Assembly (NCBI GenBank): GCA_965202985.1
Contig: CBDBCF010000001.1
Location: forward strand, 2,016,001-2,080,000
DNA length: 64,000 bases
Direction: 5' to 3'
Source: Longimicrobiales bacterium
Lineage (GTDB): Bacteria; Gemmatimonadota; Gemmatimonadetes; Longimicrobiales; Gaopeijiaceae
Part shown: piece by piece, positions 47,001 to 55,480 of the stretch
Layout: each line of letters begins with the position of its first letter
Position numbering within the stretch: position 1 is the stretch's first letter
Notes under the pieces: generated by a model
Database searches by the model: none
The model's input: only the letters and a program-made list of their open reading frames with translations
Told to the model about the DNA's origin: nothing
Program-made: the position numbers and the translations under genes

Positions 47001-47966
47001 CTTGGCCCATCGCTCCATGTCGGCGGCCAGCGCGGGCAAGGCCTCCTGACGGATCGTGCGGTCCAGCCGGGCGCGCAGCCGGACGCCGAAGTTGATCGCT
47101 TCTTTTTGCAGGTCGGCGAAGCCGTGGCCGGCCAGGGACGCGGGCGCGAGCAACGCCAGGAAGGCGCGCCGGTCGTCGTCCAGCAGGTCGTCGTCCAGTT
47201 CGAGCCAGTGGCGGGTGCCGCCGGGGGACTCCATGTCGAACAGGCGGAAGCAGCCGCGAAACGCCAAGATGCCGTAGCGAGCGCCTCGTTCCTTGCAGTC
47301 CGACGCCAGCAGTCCCTCGGGCGGACGGCCGTCGCTGTCCAAGCGGGCCAGCGCACTCGCCGTCTTCTTGGGATGCACCACCGCCACCGGCCGGCCTTCG
47401 TGGACGGCCAAGTAGCCCCGGCGCGGAAGGCGGTCCAGGCGGTAGCCCAGCGCCGACAACGTCTGACGCCACGAACTCGGCGCGGGCGGGAGGTCAGCCA
47501 CCGCGCGGCGGGCGCGCTCCCATCGCGCGGGGTCGCGCCGATAGCGGGATTCCAGGGTGTGGCTGGTGAGGAGGCCGTTGAAGGCCAGCCCGTTCCCCGC
47601 GGCGCGGTTCAGCTCGTCCGCCAGTCGGCGCACGGCTTCCAGGGGCGACAGGTCCCCCAGCGACTCGAGCGATTTGGCCAGGTGGCCGGCGTCCACGGAG
47701 CGCACCGGGCCTTGGTGCGTGACCGGCCCCAGGACGCGGAGGCGGCCGGGGCGCTTGGGGTCGTCGGCCAGCAGCAGGCAGCGCCGGGTGACGCCTGCGG
47801 ACAGGGCGCGCCATTCGGCTCGCATGGCGGCGTCGGTGGTCGAGGCGGAGGCCGTAAGGTCGATGTCGCCGACGGCGGCGCGGGGGAGCGCTTCGGCGCC
47901 GGGGGCGGTCAGCGGGCGCGCCACGCCTTCGCGCACCAGGCGGCGGATGAGGTCGGGGGCGGTCAC
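44058..47966 (-). CDS. large Eco57I/type IIG-like N6-adenine DNA methyltransferase with TRD
   Basis: YNGALF, IGHTYESLL, GVYYTP, VDPACGSAHFL, VVGNPPW, DLYKYF; C-terminal RDVTNRTNSRT...NSLPFDW TRD. Confidence 0.92.
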   Translation of the reverse strand: MTAPDLIRRLVREGVARPLTAPGAEALPRAAVGDIDLTASASTTDAAMRAEWRALSAGVTRRCLLLADDPKRPGRLRVLGPVTHQGPVRSVDAGHLAKSLESLGDLSPLEAVRRLADELNRAAGNGLAFNGLLTSHTLESRYRRDPARWERARRAVADLPPAPSSWRQTLSALGYRLDRLPRRGYLAVHEGRPVAVVHPKKTASALARLDSDGRPPEGLLASDCKERGARYGILAFRGCFRLFDMESPGGTRHWLELDDDLLDDDRRAFLALLAPASLAGHGFADLQKEAINFGVRLRARLDRTIRQEALPALAADMERWAKEHGLDLHDDTQRDKLEKAAMTLVFRAVFILFAEAAGHLPMNNESYRKASLSELVTEAHATKGKLSPASSALWNGFTRLVKAMRSGNPAWDVPAYNGALFAAEDFAGAELLERMELRDPEFGRVLSAVGHDAEQGRGADFSTLEIAHIGHTYESLLGLRLSLAARPLRYDAKKDRYVSAPSPGAAEVKPGGLLWQTHAGGRKEEGVYYTPVEIVRHLVKGAVEPPFKKHLAQVAEQAKTDPEAAAKLLLSFAVVDPACGSAHFLVQVADALAEMTVRFLAEHPLPPLLDALERLRSRASPGVACEDAALLRRLIVKHCVFGVDRSAMGVEVAALSLWLASFVPGLSLAYLGRNVVVGDALIGVGDPKPLLDEAPLFREPLRQALNEAAAAVHKLAEIDDRTPEEYAASQAADQEASDATEGMKRLFDLWTAEQFGLAGAREDVATNGVAVISGKPQTALVRRARELADRHCFLHWPLAFPQVFSRSSPGFDVVVGNPPWEEVTVEELSFYGLYRPGIAALAEKERREWVGELMRERPELEERLEARQAQARNYRQALAGPDPERSDYDPMGGDPDLYKYFCQRYRMLVRERGFAGVVLPRTAFVAKGSKEFRKWLYRGSTTRRVDFLLNRGRWAFDTHPQYSIALVVAQRGLPAADHLVSVAGTAESKRMWVEQAASPGVGLAPSTFGPEWETPLVRSQAEADLLARVRTGSLFPRGADGRWSCFPVAELHETNDKKLWAGRDGDARLWKGESFGQYDPHGYGERSLPLTDALWAKVRKPRPGSGSLLAPDLPVAERRQSVLADICRDRLCFRDVTNRTNSRTVIACLVPNGVFLTNKAPYLSFSTEDGLARAACLGIMNSLPFDWQARRFIELNVNFFLLESLYVPSLTDDDFAQIAGAAARLSAVDDRFADFARETGVEYGPLLDADRTELRLEIDARVARAWGLGPDDLEVIYKDFTHAALPAAYRTRLTEHLRGLDV

Positions 47967-48165
47967 GGGAACGAAGGTACGGTTCCGGGACCTTGGCGCA
48001 CAGGTCGCGGGCGTAGGCCAGAGGCCTTGGGCCAGCGCCCCCGGTGGCCGCCATCGGCCGGGTCGAAAGCCGGACCGACTTGCCCGAGTCCGAGATGATC
48101 CAGTACCATTGGAACAGTCCGGCCTAAACGACCAGTCGATTTATGTGGCCAGAAGGAGGACAGCC

Positions 48166-48411
48166 GTGCTGACAGTAGGAGCCTACCAAGCCAAGACCCG
48201 TCTTTCGGAGTTGTTGGGCCGGGTTGCCGAGGGCGACAGCGTCACGATTACGAGACACGGACGCCCAATCGCGCGGCTGGTGCCCGTGGAAGACGACGCA
48301 AGGCGGAGAGCTTCCCAAGCCGCAGAGCGGATTCGAACACGGCGTGCGGGCCCGCAGACCGTTCCGCTTGCGGAACTGGTGCGCTGGATTCACGAGGGGC
48401 GTCGCCGTTGA
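48166..48411 (+). CDS. Phd/YefM family antitoxin
   Basis: AGGAGG RBS; VGAYQAKTRLSELLGRVAEGDSVTITRHGRPIARLVP. Confidence 0.92.
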   Translation: MLTVGAYQAKTRLSELLGRVAEGDSVTITRHGRPIARLVPVEDDARRRASQAAERIRTRRAGPQTVPLAELVRWIHEGRRR

Positions 48412-48760
48412 TCGTTCTGGACGCTTCGGTCGCGCTGTCCTGGGTTCTGGCCGACGAAGGCACCCCGGAAGCCGAGGAAGCGATGCGACAGGTCGTGTTG
48501 CCGAGCGACGAGGACGGATTAACTCCCGGGAGGTAGCCGATACGCTGGTCGACTTGGCCCAACTTCCGATCATAGTCGACGAAGGCGACGAGGACGCGGA
48601 CATCCTGGGAGCAGCGCGCCGCCGGAAGCTGTCGGCCTACGACGCCGCCTACTTGGCGCTCGCTGGCCGACGGCGGCTCCCGCTGGCCACCCTGGACAAC
48701 CGACTCTGGAGTGCGGCTTCGGCGGAAGGCGTGCCCTTGGTCACCAACTTAACCCCCTGA
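48408..48760 (+). pseudogene. vapC: VapC PIN-domain toxin, internally deleted and frameshifted
   Basis: TTG-IVLDASVALSW...stops at 48534-48536. The C-terminal half (AERRGRI...LSAYDAAYLALA...LATLD) is in another frame and the middle conserved-Glu helix is missing. Confidence 0.85.
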
Positions 48761-48796
48761 CCTCGACTCGGCGCTTTCTGCCGTGCAGAGGCGTCG

Positions 48797-48838
48797 TTGA
48801 CAGATTCTCTGCCAGTTTTGTTGGGGTCAATCTGTCAA
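48797..48838. repeat. 42-bp palindromic element E2 (TTGACAGATT-N22-AATCTGTCAA)
   Basis: Perfect 10-bp arms; shares TGACAGATTCTC and AATCTGTCA with E1 in the same orientation; supplies the DUF4276 stop codon. Confidence 0.75.
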
Positions 48839-49458
48839 GTCGCAGAACGCTCACTTCGTGCGCACACCCGGTCGAGGAAGTCGAGCAGCCGCTTTACGTG
48901 TGGCGAGGCGTCGGCAACCTTCTTCGGGTCGATCTTCTCCAACAAGACGAATGAATGACGGCCCTTGTGGTACGGCTTTCTGCAATGGCGTGTCGCTTTC
49001 TTGAGGCCTGCCATGACGTCCTCCTTCGCGATTCCTTCGATATCGCTACCGCCCGGAAGCGCCTCTTGCGTGAAATCCCCGCCAAAGAACTTCGCTAGGC
49101 ATTCCCTGTCTGCCAAGAACCAAGCCTCCATGCACTGAACCATTAGTTGCGCTTGGTCATCGGTGGCCCCCGGCGGCTGCTTCCACTCCTTATCCCGCCT
49201 CTGCAAGTGGGACCATGGCCTGCCTCTTCGGCCAACTCGCTCCTCACTGTCAACGAGCAGGATGGCGATATGGTCATCCACCGAGGTGTCCAGGCTATGG
49301 CGAAATTTGTCGTAGGCTTTGTCCCGCCCGCCGCACGCTACAATACGAGGCATTCGGTTCTCAAGGCCGGCGCGGAGAAAAAACTTGCTAAACCCCTTGC
49401 GACAACGGCTTCTCAGTTCGCGGGTGTCTCCTCCTCCTTCGACAAACACCGTCACCAT
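48835..49458 (-). CDS. DUF4276 family protein (TOPRIM/RloB-like)
   Basis: VFVEGGGD, ACGGR, LLVDSE, MVQCMEAWFLAD, YHKGRHS. Confidence 0.85.
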   Translation of the reverse strand: MVTVFVEGGGDTRELRSRCRKGFSKFFLRAGLENRMPRIVACGGRDKAYDKFRHSLDTSVDDHIAILLVDSEERVGRRGRPWSHLQRRDKEWKQPPGATDDQAQLMVQCMEAWFLADRECLAKFFGGDFTQEALPGGSDIEGIAKEDVMAGLKKATRHCRKPYHKGRHSFVLLEKIDPKKVADASPHVKRLLDFLDRVCARSERSAT

Positions 49459-50654
49459 CTGTTTCCTCCGATCTCTCCGGCACTCCACAGTTGGCCCAAG
49501 CGGTATTTCTTCAGCCAATGCGACAGCTTAGCTGGGTCCAGTCGTTTCATGGTTGTCTTGCCGTCATGCTTTTCGCACACCACGACGACGTCCGCGTCTT
49601 CCGTGAGCGCATCAACCAACGTGTCCGAATGCGTGGTGACAACTAACTGACACCGCCGAGAAGCGTCGCGCAGAAGATCGGCCAACTGCGGCAACACGTC
49701 CGGGTGAAGACCCAGCTCAGGTTCCTCCAAGCACACTAGCGGAGGCGGCTCGGGGTCGCACAACACCGTCAACAAGCATAGGTACCTTAGAGTGCCGTCC
49801 GACAATCTCGTCGCGGGAATCATGATGGAGCGTTCCTGCAAAAACAACTGAACGTAGCCGGACGGGACACTAACTGAGAAGTCGGAGATGCCGTCGTACA
49901 GCTGATGCAACGCACTAAGGATGGCCTGCTTAGTGTCGGTCTCCAACGCCAAGCGGCTGAGAACGAGTCCAAGGTTGCTGCCGTCTTCCAACAGAAAGTC
50001 GTTGGGCAGGTCGGGCTTCTGCGGCAGTCTCGGAGCCGTCTTACGCCCGAAGGTCCATTCACGATGCAGACGTATCCTGCCTAATTGTCGACCTAAGTAT
50101 GTGATCTCCGGATAGTGATCCGGATCCTTTCTCTGCGCGAGGATAGATTGGTCGAAATCGACGTCTTCTGGTCGGAGTTGTCGATTTTGCTGCCCGTTGT
50201 CGGGGTCACGGTAGTTCAACGTGGCCCGTCCGCCCTTGGAGGTTAGGTAAATGTACGGGTCGTTCTTGTCAGGATATGGGTGTTGATTCTCGAGTTTTTC
50301 GGTCAGTAGCTCGAAGCGCCCGGCGCTTGCCCCAAATTCCAGGCTATAGCGGAGCGGCTGTTGCCTTCCAGGGTTGTCCACCACGACCTCCAGGCGAGCC
50401 GACGAGGGCCTGGGTTTCCCTCTCCACAGCCAGTCCCCGACTCCTCCGCCTTCCCGGATCGGTACGCGGATGTCGGTTGGCGCGGCGCGCACCAACCCAA
50501 GAGCCTCGATGAAGTTGGACTTTCCGGAACCGTTTGGCCCGATGAGGACGTTCAGAGGCTTCATCCCGAGGGTCGTCTCCGAACCGAACGACAGAACGTT
50601 GCTGAGAGTAACCTCGTGGAGGAACATCGCAGCCTCGGCGTTAGGGTTGTCCAT
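49452..50654 (-). CDS. AAA_21/ABC-type ATPase
   Basis: NVLIGPNGSGKSN, LSDGTLR, LEEPELGLHP, VTTHS. Confidence 0.92.
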   Translation of the reverse strand: MDNPNAEAAMFLHEVTLSNVLSFGSETTLGMKPLNVLIGPNGSGKSNFIEALGLVRAAPTDIRVPIREGGGVGDWLWRGKPRPSSARLEVVVDNPGRQQPLRYSLEFGASAGRFELLTEKLENQHPYPDKNDPYIYLTSKGGRATLNYRDPDNGQQNRQLRPEDVDFDQSILAQRKDPDHYPEITYLGRQLGRIRLHREWTFGRKTAPRLPQKPDLPNDFLLEDGSNLGLVLSRLALETDTKQAILSALHQLYDGISDFSVSVPSGYVQLFLQERSIMIPATRLSDGTLRYLCLLTVLCDPEPPPLVCLEEPELGLHPDVLPQLADLLRDASRRCQLVVTTHSDTLVDALTEDADVVVVCEKHDGKTTMKRLDPAKLSHWLKKYRLGQLWSAGEIGGNRW

Positions 50655-50822
50655 TATCTCCCCGGACACGGCCGGACGGCCGGAGCGAGTTGGGCCGGAA
50701 TTGCGTGGACGCACGAACGATGCAGGAATCTACGACCGGGCGGCTTCTGCTGCAAGGAGAGCAGGCGAGGTCGGGGGCGGCGACGCCACGCGGGGCCGTC
50801 ACGTTTGCCTCGGCGGAGGCCG

Positions 50823-52067
50823 TCAGCGTCTCCCTCCGATCCTGAAGACGTCCACGTGGTCCAGGTCGAGGCTGTCCTGTCGGATCGCCGCGACGAAACC
50901 GTCTCCGAAGGCGGGGGGCACGAGCGACGAGGTTCCGATCCCCTCTTTCCGGCGCGGCGCCGGCAGGCGGCCCACCAGCGCGCCGTCGGGGTCGAACGCT
51001 TCCCAGTAGTTCCCGCCGTCGCGCTCAACCTCGACGAACATCCTGCCGCCGAGATCCCAAAAGAGATCGGCCACGACGGGCTTGGCGGCGGGGCGGACCG
51101 GACGCCGAGGATCGCAGGATGCACCGGGACGCTCCGCGATCCACTGGTCCCATTCCTCTTCCACGGCGCTCCATTCGGCGTCGCCCACTTCCTCTGCGGT
51201 CAGCACGCGCTCGATCACCCGAACGGTGTCGGCTCCGCGGGTCGCGACGATCTTGTACTCGTCGGTCATGGCCGAGTACCGCAAGCCGTCCGGGCCCGGA
51301 TGCTGGACGCGCCTCGCGCCAAACGGAACCTCGAAGAAGCCGATCATGCCTTCGCCCCACTCGCACATGACGCCCCGGCTCCCCGCCCCCGGCAGCACCT
51401 CGACCGTGTCCGCCGTCTCGCCCTCGGCGCTGTGTCCCACCCACCTGCGGCCCAGGCGCCCAGCCTCGCCGGAACGCACCAGCTCGGTGGCGTAGACTTG
51501 GTTCGGCCCTGCCGAGTAGAATCGAATCTCCGCCGAAGCGCCCATGGCGGCCACCGTCCTGCGCTGCCCCAGCCATTCGCCCCCGGCGGATATCTCGCCG
51601 ATCCGGCCCGCGCCCAGATCAAGCGACAGAAGACGGTCGCCGGCCCATGCGATCGAGTAGAAGAACGGACTGAACTCGCCCGGTCCCTCTCCGCACCTCC
51701 CCATCGTCCGCAAGTGGACGCCGTCCAACCCGAACGCCCTGACCTCGCAGCTAAGCTGGTCGGCCACGTACACGGCCCCGCCCGCCGGGTCCAGCGCGAC
51801 GCTCGACGCCCGCCCGAACTCGTTAGGCGCCTGGCCCCCCAGGATCGAGGTTGGCCCGATCGACGTGACCGGCTGCAGCTCCCACTCGGGCGCCGTTCCC
51901 TCGTTGACGACCCGCACGACGCCGCCCACGGTGTCGACCGTAGTGGAGACGGCGTCGGCCGATGTCCGGTCGGACGCGCCTTCGCCGCCGCAGGCTGCCA
52001 GCATGGCCAACGCGAGTGCGGCCAGTGCCGCGGTCGTCACGGTTGCTCCGGTTGCCGTCCGGTCCAT
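50823..52067 (-). CDS. 6-bladed beta-propeller lipoprotein
   Basis: MLAA-C lipobox; VYVAD, GRCGEGPGEF. Confidence 0.82.
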   Translation of the reverse strand: MDRTATGATVTTAALAALALAMLAACGGEGASDRTSADAVSTTVDTVGGVVRVVNEGTAPEWELQPVTSIGPTSILGGQAPNEFGRASSVALDPAGGAVYVADQLSCEVRAFGLDGVHLRTMGRCGEGPGEFSPFFYSIAWAGDRLLSLDLGAGRIGEISAGGEWLGQRRTVAAMGASAEIRFYSAGPNQVYATELVRSGEAGRLGRRWVGHSAEGETADTVEVLPGAGSRGVMCEWGEGMIGFFEVPFGARRVQHPGPDGLRYSAMTDEYKIVATRGADTVRVIERVLTAEEVGDAEWSAVEEEWDQWIAERPGASCDPRRPVRPAAKPVVADLFWDLGGRMFVEVERDGGNYWEAFDPDGALVGRLPAPRRKEGIGTSSLVPPAFGDGFVAAIRQDSLDLDHVDVFRIGGRR

Positions 52068-52241
52068 CGTTTGCTCCCATACGCCAAGTAATGTCGTTCC
52101 CGAATCGGAATGCGCCATCGCCCAGAATGCGCCCCGGCCGGCTGTCCGGCAACCCAAGGTTTCGGAAGACGCGCCAACTCGCCATCTTGAGGAAGCATCT
52201 CCCGAAGCCTTAAAGTCCCCAAGCAGCAGGAGCCCCAAACC

Positions 52242-53609
52242 ATGCACGTACTCGCTTGCCGCCCTTTCGTCGCCGCGCGTTCCATCGCCGCGCTCGCCGT
52301 CGCCCTCCTCCTCGCGCTCGCCGCCCCGGCCGCCCACGCCCAGCAGTGGACGCCCTCGGCGCCCGGCAGCGACAACATGGACGTGCTCGGCCACACGCCG
52401 CTGGGGCCGCGCCTGTCGGTGTCGGACCTGGACCTCGAGCAGGAGATGGACCGGCCCTACGCCTATGTCGGCAGGATGGTCTACGGCGACGTGGGTCCCA
52501 AGGGGCTGGACATCGTCTCGATCGCCGACCCCGAGCGCCCTGAGGTCCTGTACGAGTGGCGGATCGAGAACCAGGACCTGCACATGCGGACCGGCGGCAT
52601 GGACGTGAAGCACTTCAAGCTGGACGGGCGCTACTACGTGGTGCAGTCCCTCCAGTTCGGGCAGGGGGGCCCCAACACGGACCTGGGCGCGGTGGTGCTG
52701 GACGTGACCGGCCTGCCGGACCCCTCCACCGTCCGCGAGGTGGCGCGCATCCGCGAGCCCGAGCTTCCCGGCGGCTTTCACAACATCTTCGTCTACAAGC
52801 ACTCCGACGGGCGCGTCCTGCTCTTCGCCACCGTGCGGGGGCCGTTCGCCCACGTGTACGACATGGGCCGGGTGGTGGCGGGCGACTTGGAGAACGCGCT
52901 GGCGGGCCGCGTGCCGGTGCCCGAGTCGGCGGAAGGAAGCGGCTCGGGGCGCGGCTACCACGACTTCTACGTCGGCTACCACCCGGACACCGGCGAGGAC
53001 CGCTTCTACGGCGGCGGCACCGGCGGCTACTACATCTACGACGTGTCCGACTTGGCCGACCCCCAGCTGCGCATCTCGCTGGCCGGCGTCAGCGGCGTGC
53101 GCTACGGCCACACCTTCACGCCCAGCCCCGACGGTCGCTACGTCGTCGCCGAGACCGAGTACCAGTACGCGCCGATCCGCATCTTCGACCTGCAGCCCGC
53201 GCTGGACGGCGAAGTCACCAACATCCGCACGCCGATCTCCGCCTGGACCGCCGACTGGGAGAACCTTGTGCACAACCACGAGGTCCGCTGGCCCTACGTC
53301 TTCGCCTCCGGCTACCTGGACGGCCTGCAGATCTTCTCGCTCATGGACCCGGAGAACCCGGTCACCGTGGGCTACTACGACACCTACGTCGGCCCGCCGA
53401 ACAAGGACCGCTACCCCATGTTCAACGGCGCCTTCGGGGTGGACGTCCGCAACGCCGACGGCCTCGTCGTCGTCAGCGACATGACCACCGGCTTCTGGAC
53501 CTTCAAGATGGAGGGGTTCAGCGGCTGGAACGGCGAGGATTGGGGCGTGCCCAACATTTCGTCCGTCCAGGACTGGGACAACGGCCCGGTCAAGCGGCCG
53601 GTGAGTTGA
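52242..53609 (+). CDS. secreted LVIVD-repeat beta-propeller protein
   Basis: AHA-Q signal; GLDIVSIADPERP, YDVSDLADP, GLQIFSLMDPENPVTVGYYDT repeats; several His. Confidence 0.85.
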   Translation: MHVLACRPFVAARSIAALAVALLLALAAPAAHAQQWTPSAPGSDNMDVLGHTPLGPRLSVSDLDLEQEMDRPYAYVGRMVYGDVGPKGLDIVSIADPERPEVLYEWRIENQDLHMRTGGMDVKHFKLDGRYYVVQSLQFGQGGPNTDLGAVVLDVTGLPDPSTVREVARIREPELPGGFHNIFVYKHSDGRVLLFATVRGPFAHVYDMGRVVAGDLENALAGRVPVPESAEGSGSGRGYHDFYVGYHPDTGEDRFYGGGTGGYYIYDVSDLADPQLRISLAGVSGVRYGHTFTPSPDGRYVVAETEYQYAPIRIFDLQPALDGEVTNIRTPISAWTADWENLVHNHEVRWPYVFASGYLDGLQIFSLMDPENPVTVGYYDTYVGPPNKDRYPMFNGAFGVDVRNADGLVVVSDMTTGFWTFKMEGFSGWNGEDWGVPNISSVQDWDNGPVKRPVS

Positions 53610-53646
53610 CCCAGCGGGACGGCAGGCCGACGAAGGGGGTGCGGCG

Positions 53647-54303
53647 ATGCGGCTGCGACCTGTCGCCATGAGCTGTCGCGCGTTCGTCGCTGGCGCTCCG
53701 TTGATCTGGGCGCTGGCGGGGGCAGTCGGTTCGACGGAGCCGGGCACCCTCGCCTTCGCCAGCGACGCTTCTCGCTTGGATCGCGGCCTTGCAGACGCTG
53801 CATGCCGAACTGCGGCCGCCGTAAGTGGCGCGTCGGCATCCTCCCTCGCGCCCGCCGGCCCCGAGTACTACCAGTTTCCCCTAGTCTCCACGCGCCGGGT
53901 CCCCGGTACCGGGCGCGCCTCGGGGTTGGGCGAAGTGAGCTTCCCGTCGTCCCCCTACGGCGTCGCGCTGACCACCGACGGCAGCTACCGCTACGACTTC
54001 ACGGTCCGTATCGAGCGCTTGGCGCCCGCCCGCGCCGGCGCCTACGTGGTGTGGACGGCGACCCCGGAGCTGGACCAGGTGGCGTTGGCCGGAGAGCTGT
54101 CGGACCCCGCTGGCTTCCAAGGCCGGGTGGACTGGAACAAGTTCTTGGTCGTCGTGACGCTGGAGCCCGCCTTCGACCCGGCCGCGACGACCTGGAGCGG
54201 CCCCGTCGTGATGCGCGGCATGTCGCGCTCCGGCATGATGCACACGATGGCCGGCCACGGTGCCTTCGAGGAAGAGAAGTGTGCCGCATACGGGTACGAG
54301 TGA
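53647..54303 (+). CDS. hypothetical secreted protein with Met/His-rich C-terminal motif
   Basis: Hydrophobic N-terminus; MRGMSRSGMMHTMAGHG; start uncertain. Confidence 0.7.
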   Translation: MRLRPVAMSCRAFVAGAPLIWALAGAVGSTEPGTLAFASDASRLDRGLADAACRTAAAVSGASASSLAPAGPEYYQFPLVSTRRVPGTGRASGLGEVSFPSSPYGVALTTDGSYRYDFTVRIERLAPARAGAYVVWTATPELDQVALAGELSDPAGFQGRVDWNKFLVVVTLEPAFDPAATTWSGPVVMRGMSRSGMMHTMAGHGAFEEEKCAAYGYE

Positions 54304-54315
54304 TCACGCCTTGAC

Positions 54316-54969
54316 TTGGGAGCGAACGACTTGAACCGAACGTTGTTTCCAGAAGTTATCCAGGTGCCGCAACCGTGCGCCGAGCAACGAAACAACCGAC
54401 GATTGTACCATAGCACCGGGTTTCCCGCGCTTCCCATCGGAACCTTCGATATCATATATGCCGACCCGCCTTGGGACTACAAGGGTCAGCTGCAGCACGC
54501 CGGTCCCGGTTCGGCCGATACGGGAGGCGCGGTGCGTCATTATCCTACGGTCAAGCTGACCGACCTAAAGAAACTCGATGTCGGGAGCATTGCTGCTCGT
54601 GACAGCCTATTGTTCATGTGGGCTACAAGTCCGCACTTGGATCAGGCCATTGAGCTGGGCAAGTCATGGGGATTCGACTGGGCGACCGTAGCGTTTGTAT
54701 GGGACAAGGTACGAGTCAATCCCGGCTTCTACACACTCAGCCAGTGCGAACTCTGCTTGGTATTCAAACACGGTCGTATTCCTAGACCTCGTGGTGCGCG
54801 GAACGTGCGACAGCTCGTCAGTGCTAGGCGCGGACCTCACTCGACGAAGCCGGAAGAGGTCCGCCAACGCATTGAACGCATGTTCCCCGACCAAAGACGG
54901 ATCGAGCTCTTTGCAAGAAATACGGTGCCTGGATGGCAATCGTGGGGACTTGAAGCAAATGGGAAGTAA
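54316..54969 (+). CDS. MT-A70 family adenine methyltransferase (M.MunI-like)
   Basis: IIYADPPW, HYPT, LFMWAT, FVWDK, HSTKPE, RIELFAR; start uncertain. Confidence 0.92.
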   Translation: MGANDLNRTLFPEVIQVPQPCAEQRNNRRLYHSTGFPALPIGTFDIIYADPPWDYKGQLQHAGPGSADTGGAVRHYPTVKLTDLKKLDVGSIAARDSLLFMWATSPHLDQAIELGKSWGFDWATVAFVWDKVRVNPGFYTLSQCELCLVFKHGRIPRPRGARNVRQLVSARRGPHSTKPEEVRQRIERMFPDQRRIELFARNTVPGWQSWGLEANGK

Positions 54970-55480
54970 GGCACTATCTAGTCGAGACTTGTGGCAGGAC
55001 CGTGCGGCCGAACGAGGTTGGAATGCGGAATACGTATTCTATCATGCGATGACGCGGCACGTTGCATCATCAGGCATGCTTGTCGACAAGAAGCCAAGCG
55101 ATTTGCTCAAAATATATGTTGCATCAAATGGAGCAAGATATGGCATCAAGCCGGATTTCGCAATTCGGACAGAGACCAGAACAATTTATGTCGAAGTAAA
55201 AAGACAACAAGCTGCCGGCAACGCCCATGAGCGTGCATGCAAGTACTGGACTCCGGGCATACTGGATTCCATGCGTCGCTTGGGCGGGTGGAACGATTCC
55301 AACGCCATTCCCTGCTGGTGGATATTTACCGGCGGCCTTACACGTGATCCGAAGTACCAAGCGGGAATCAGGCATTGGTTCAAAGGCTATGAAGGCCACG
55401 TACTGTTGTGGAAAGACACAGAAGATTACGATGCGCTTACGAGGCACTTTGACACGCACATTAGGTCCTTGTTACTATGA
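54959..55480 (+). CDS. MunI-like type II restriction endonuclease
   Basis: MGSKALSSRDLWQ, PDFAI...EVKRQ catalytic motif, GNAHERACK, TPG, TRDPK; overlaps the MTase end. Confidence 0.85.
   Translation: MGSKALSSRDLWQDRAAERGWNAEYVFYHAMTRHVASSGMLVDKKPSDLLKIYVASNGARYGIKPDFAIRTETRTIYVEVKRQQAAGNAHERACKYWTPGILDSMRRLGGWNDSNAIPCWWIFTGGLTRDPKYQAGIRHWFKGYEGHVLLWKDTEDYDALTRHFDTHIRSLLL

Noticed and set aside
31434..47966. Complete DISARM or BREX system
   Set aside because: No drmA/drmB (DUF1998), pglZ or brxC-like genes are in the window.
48080..48109. TTGCCC-18-TACCAT promoter for phd-vapC
   Set aside because: Plausible but a weak match with non-optimal spacing, so it is not listed as a feature.
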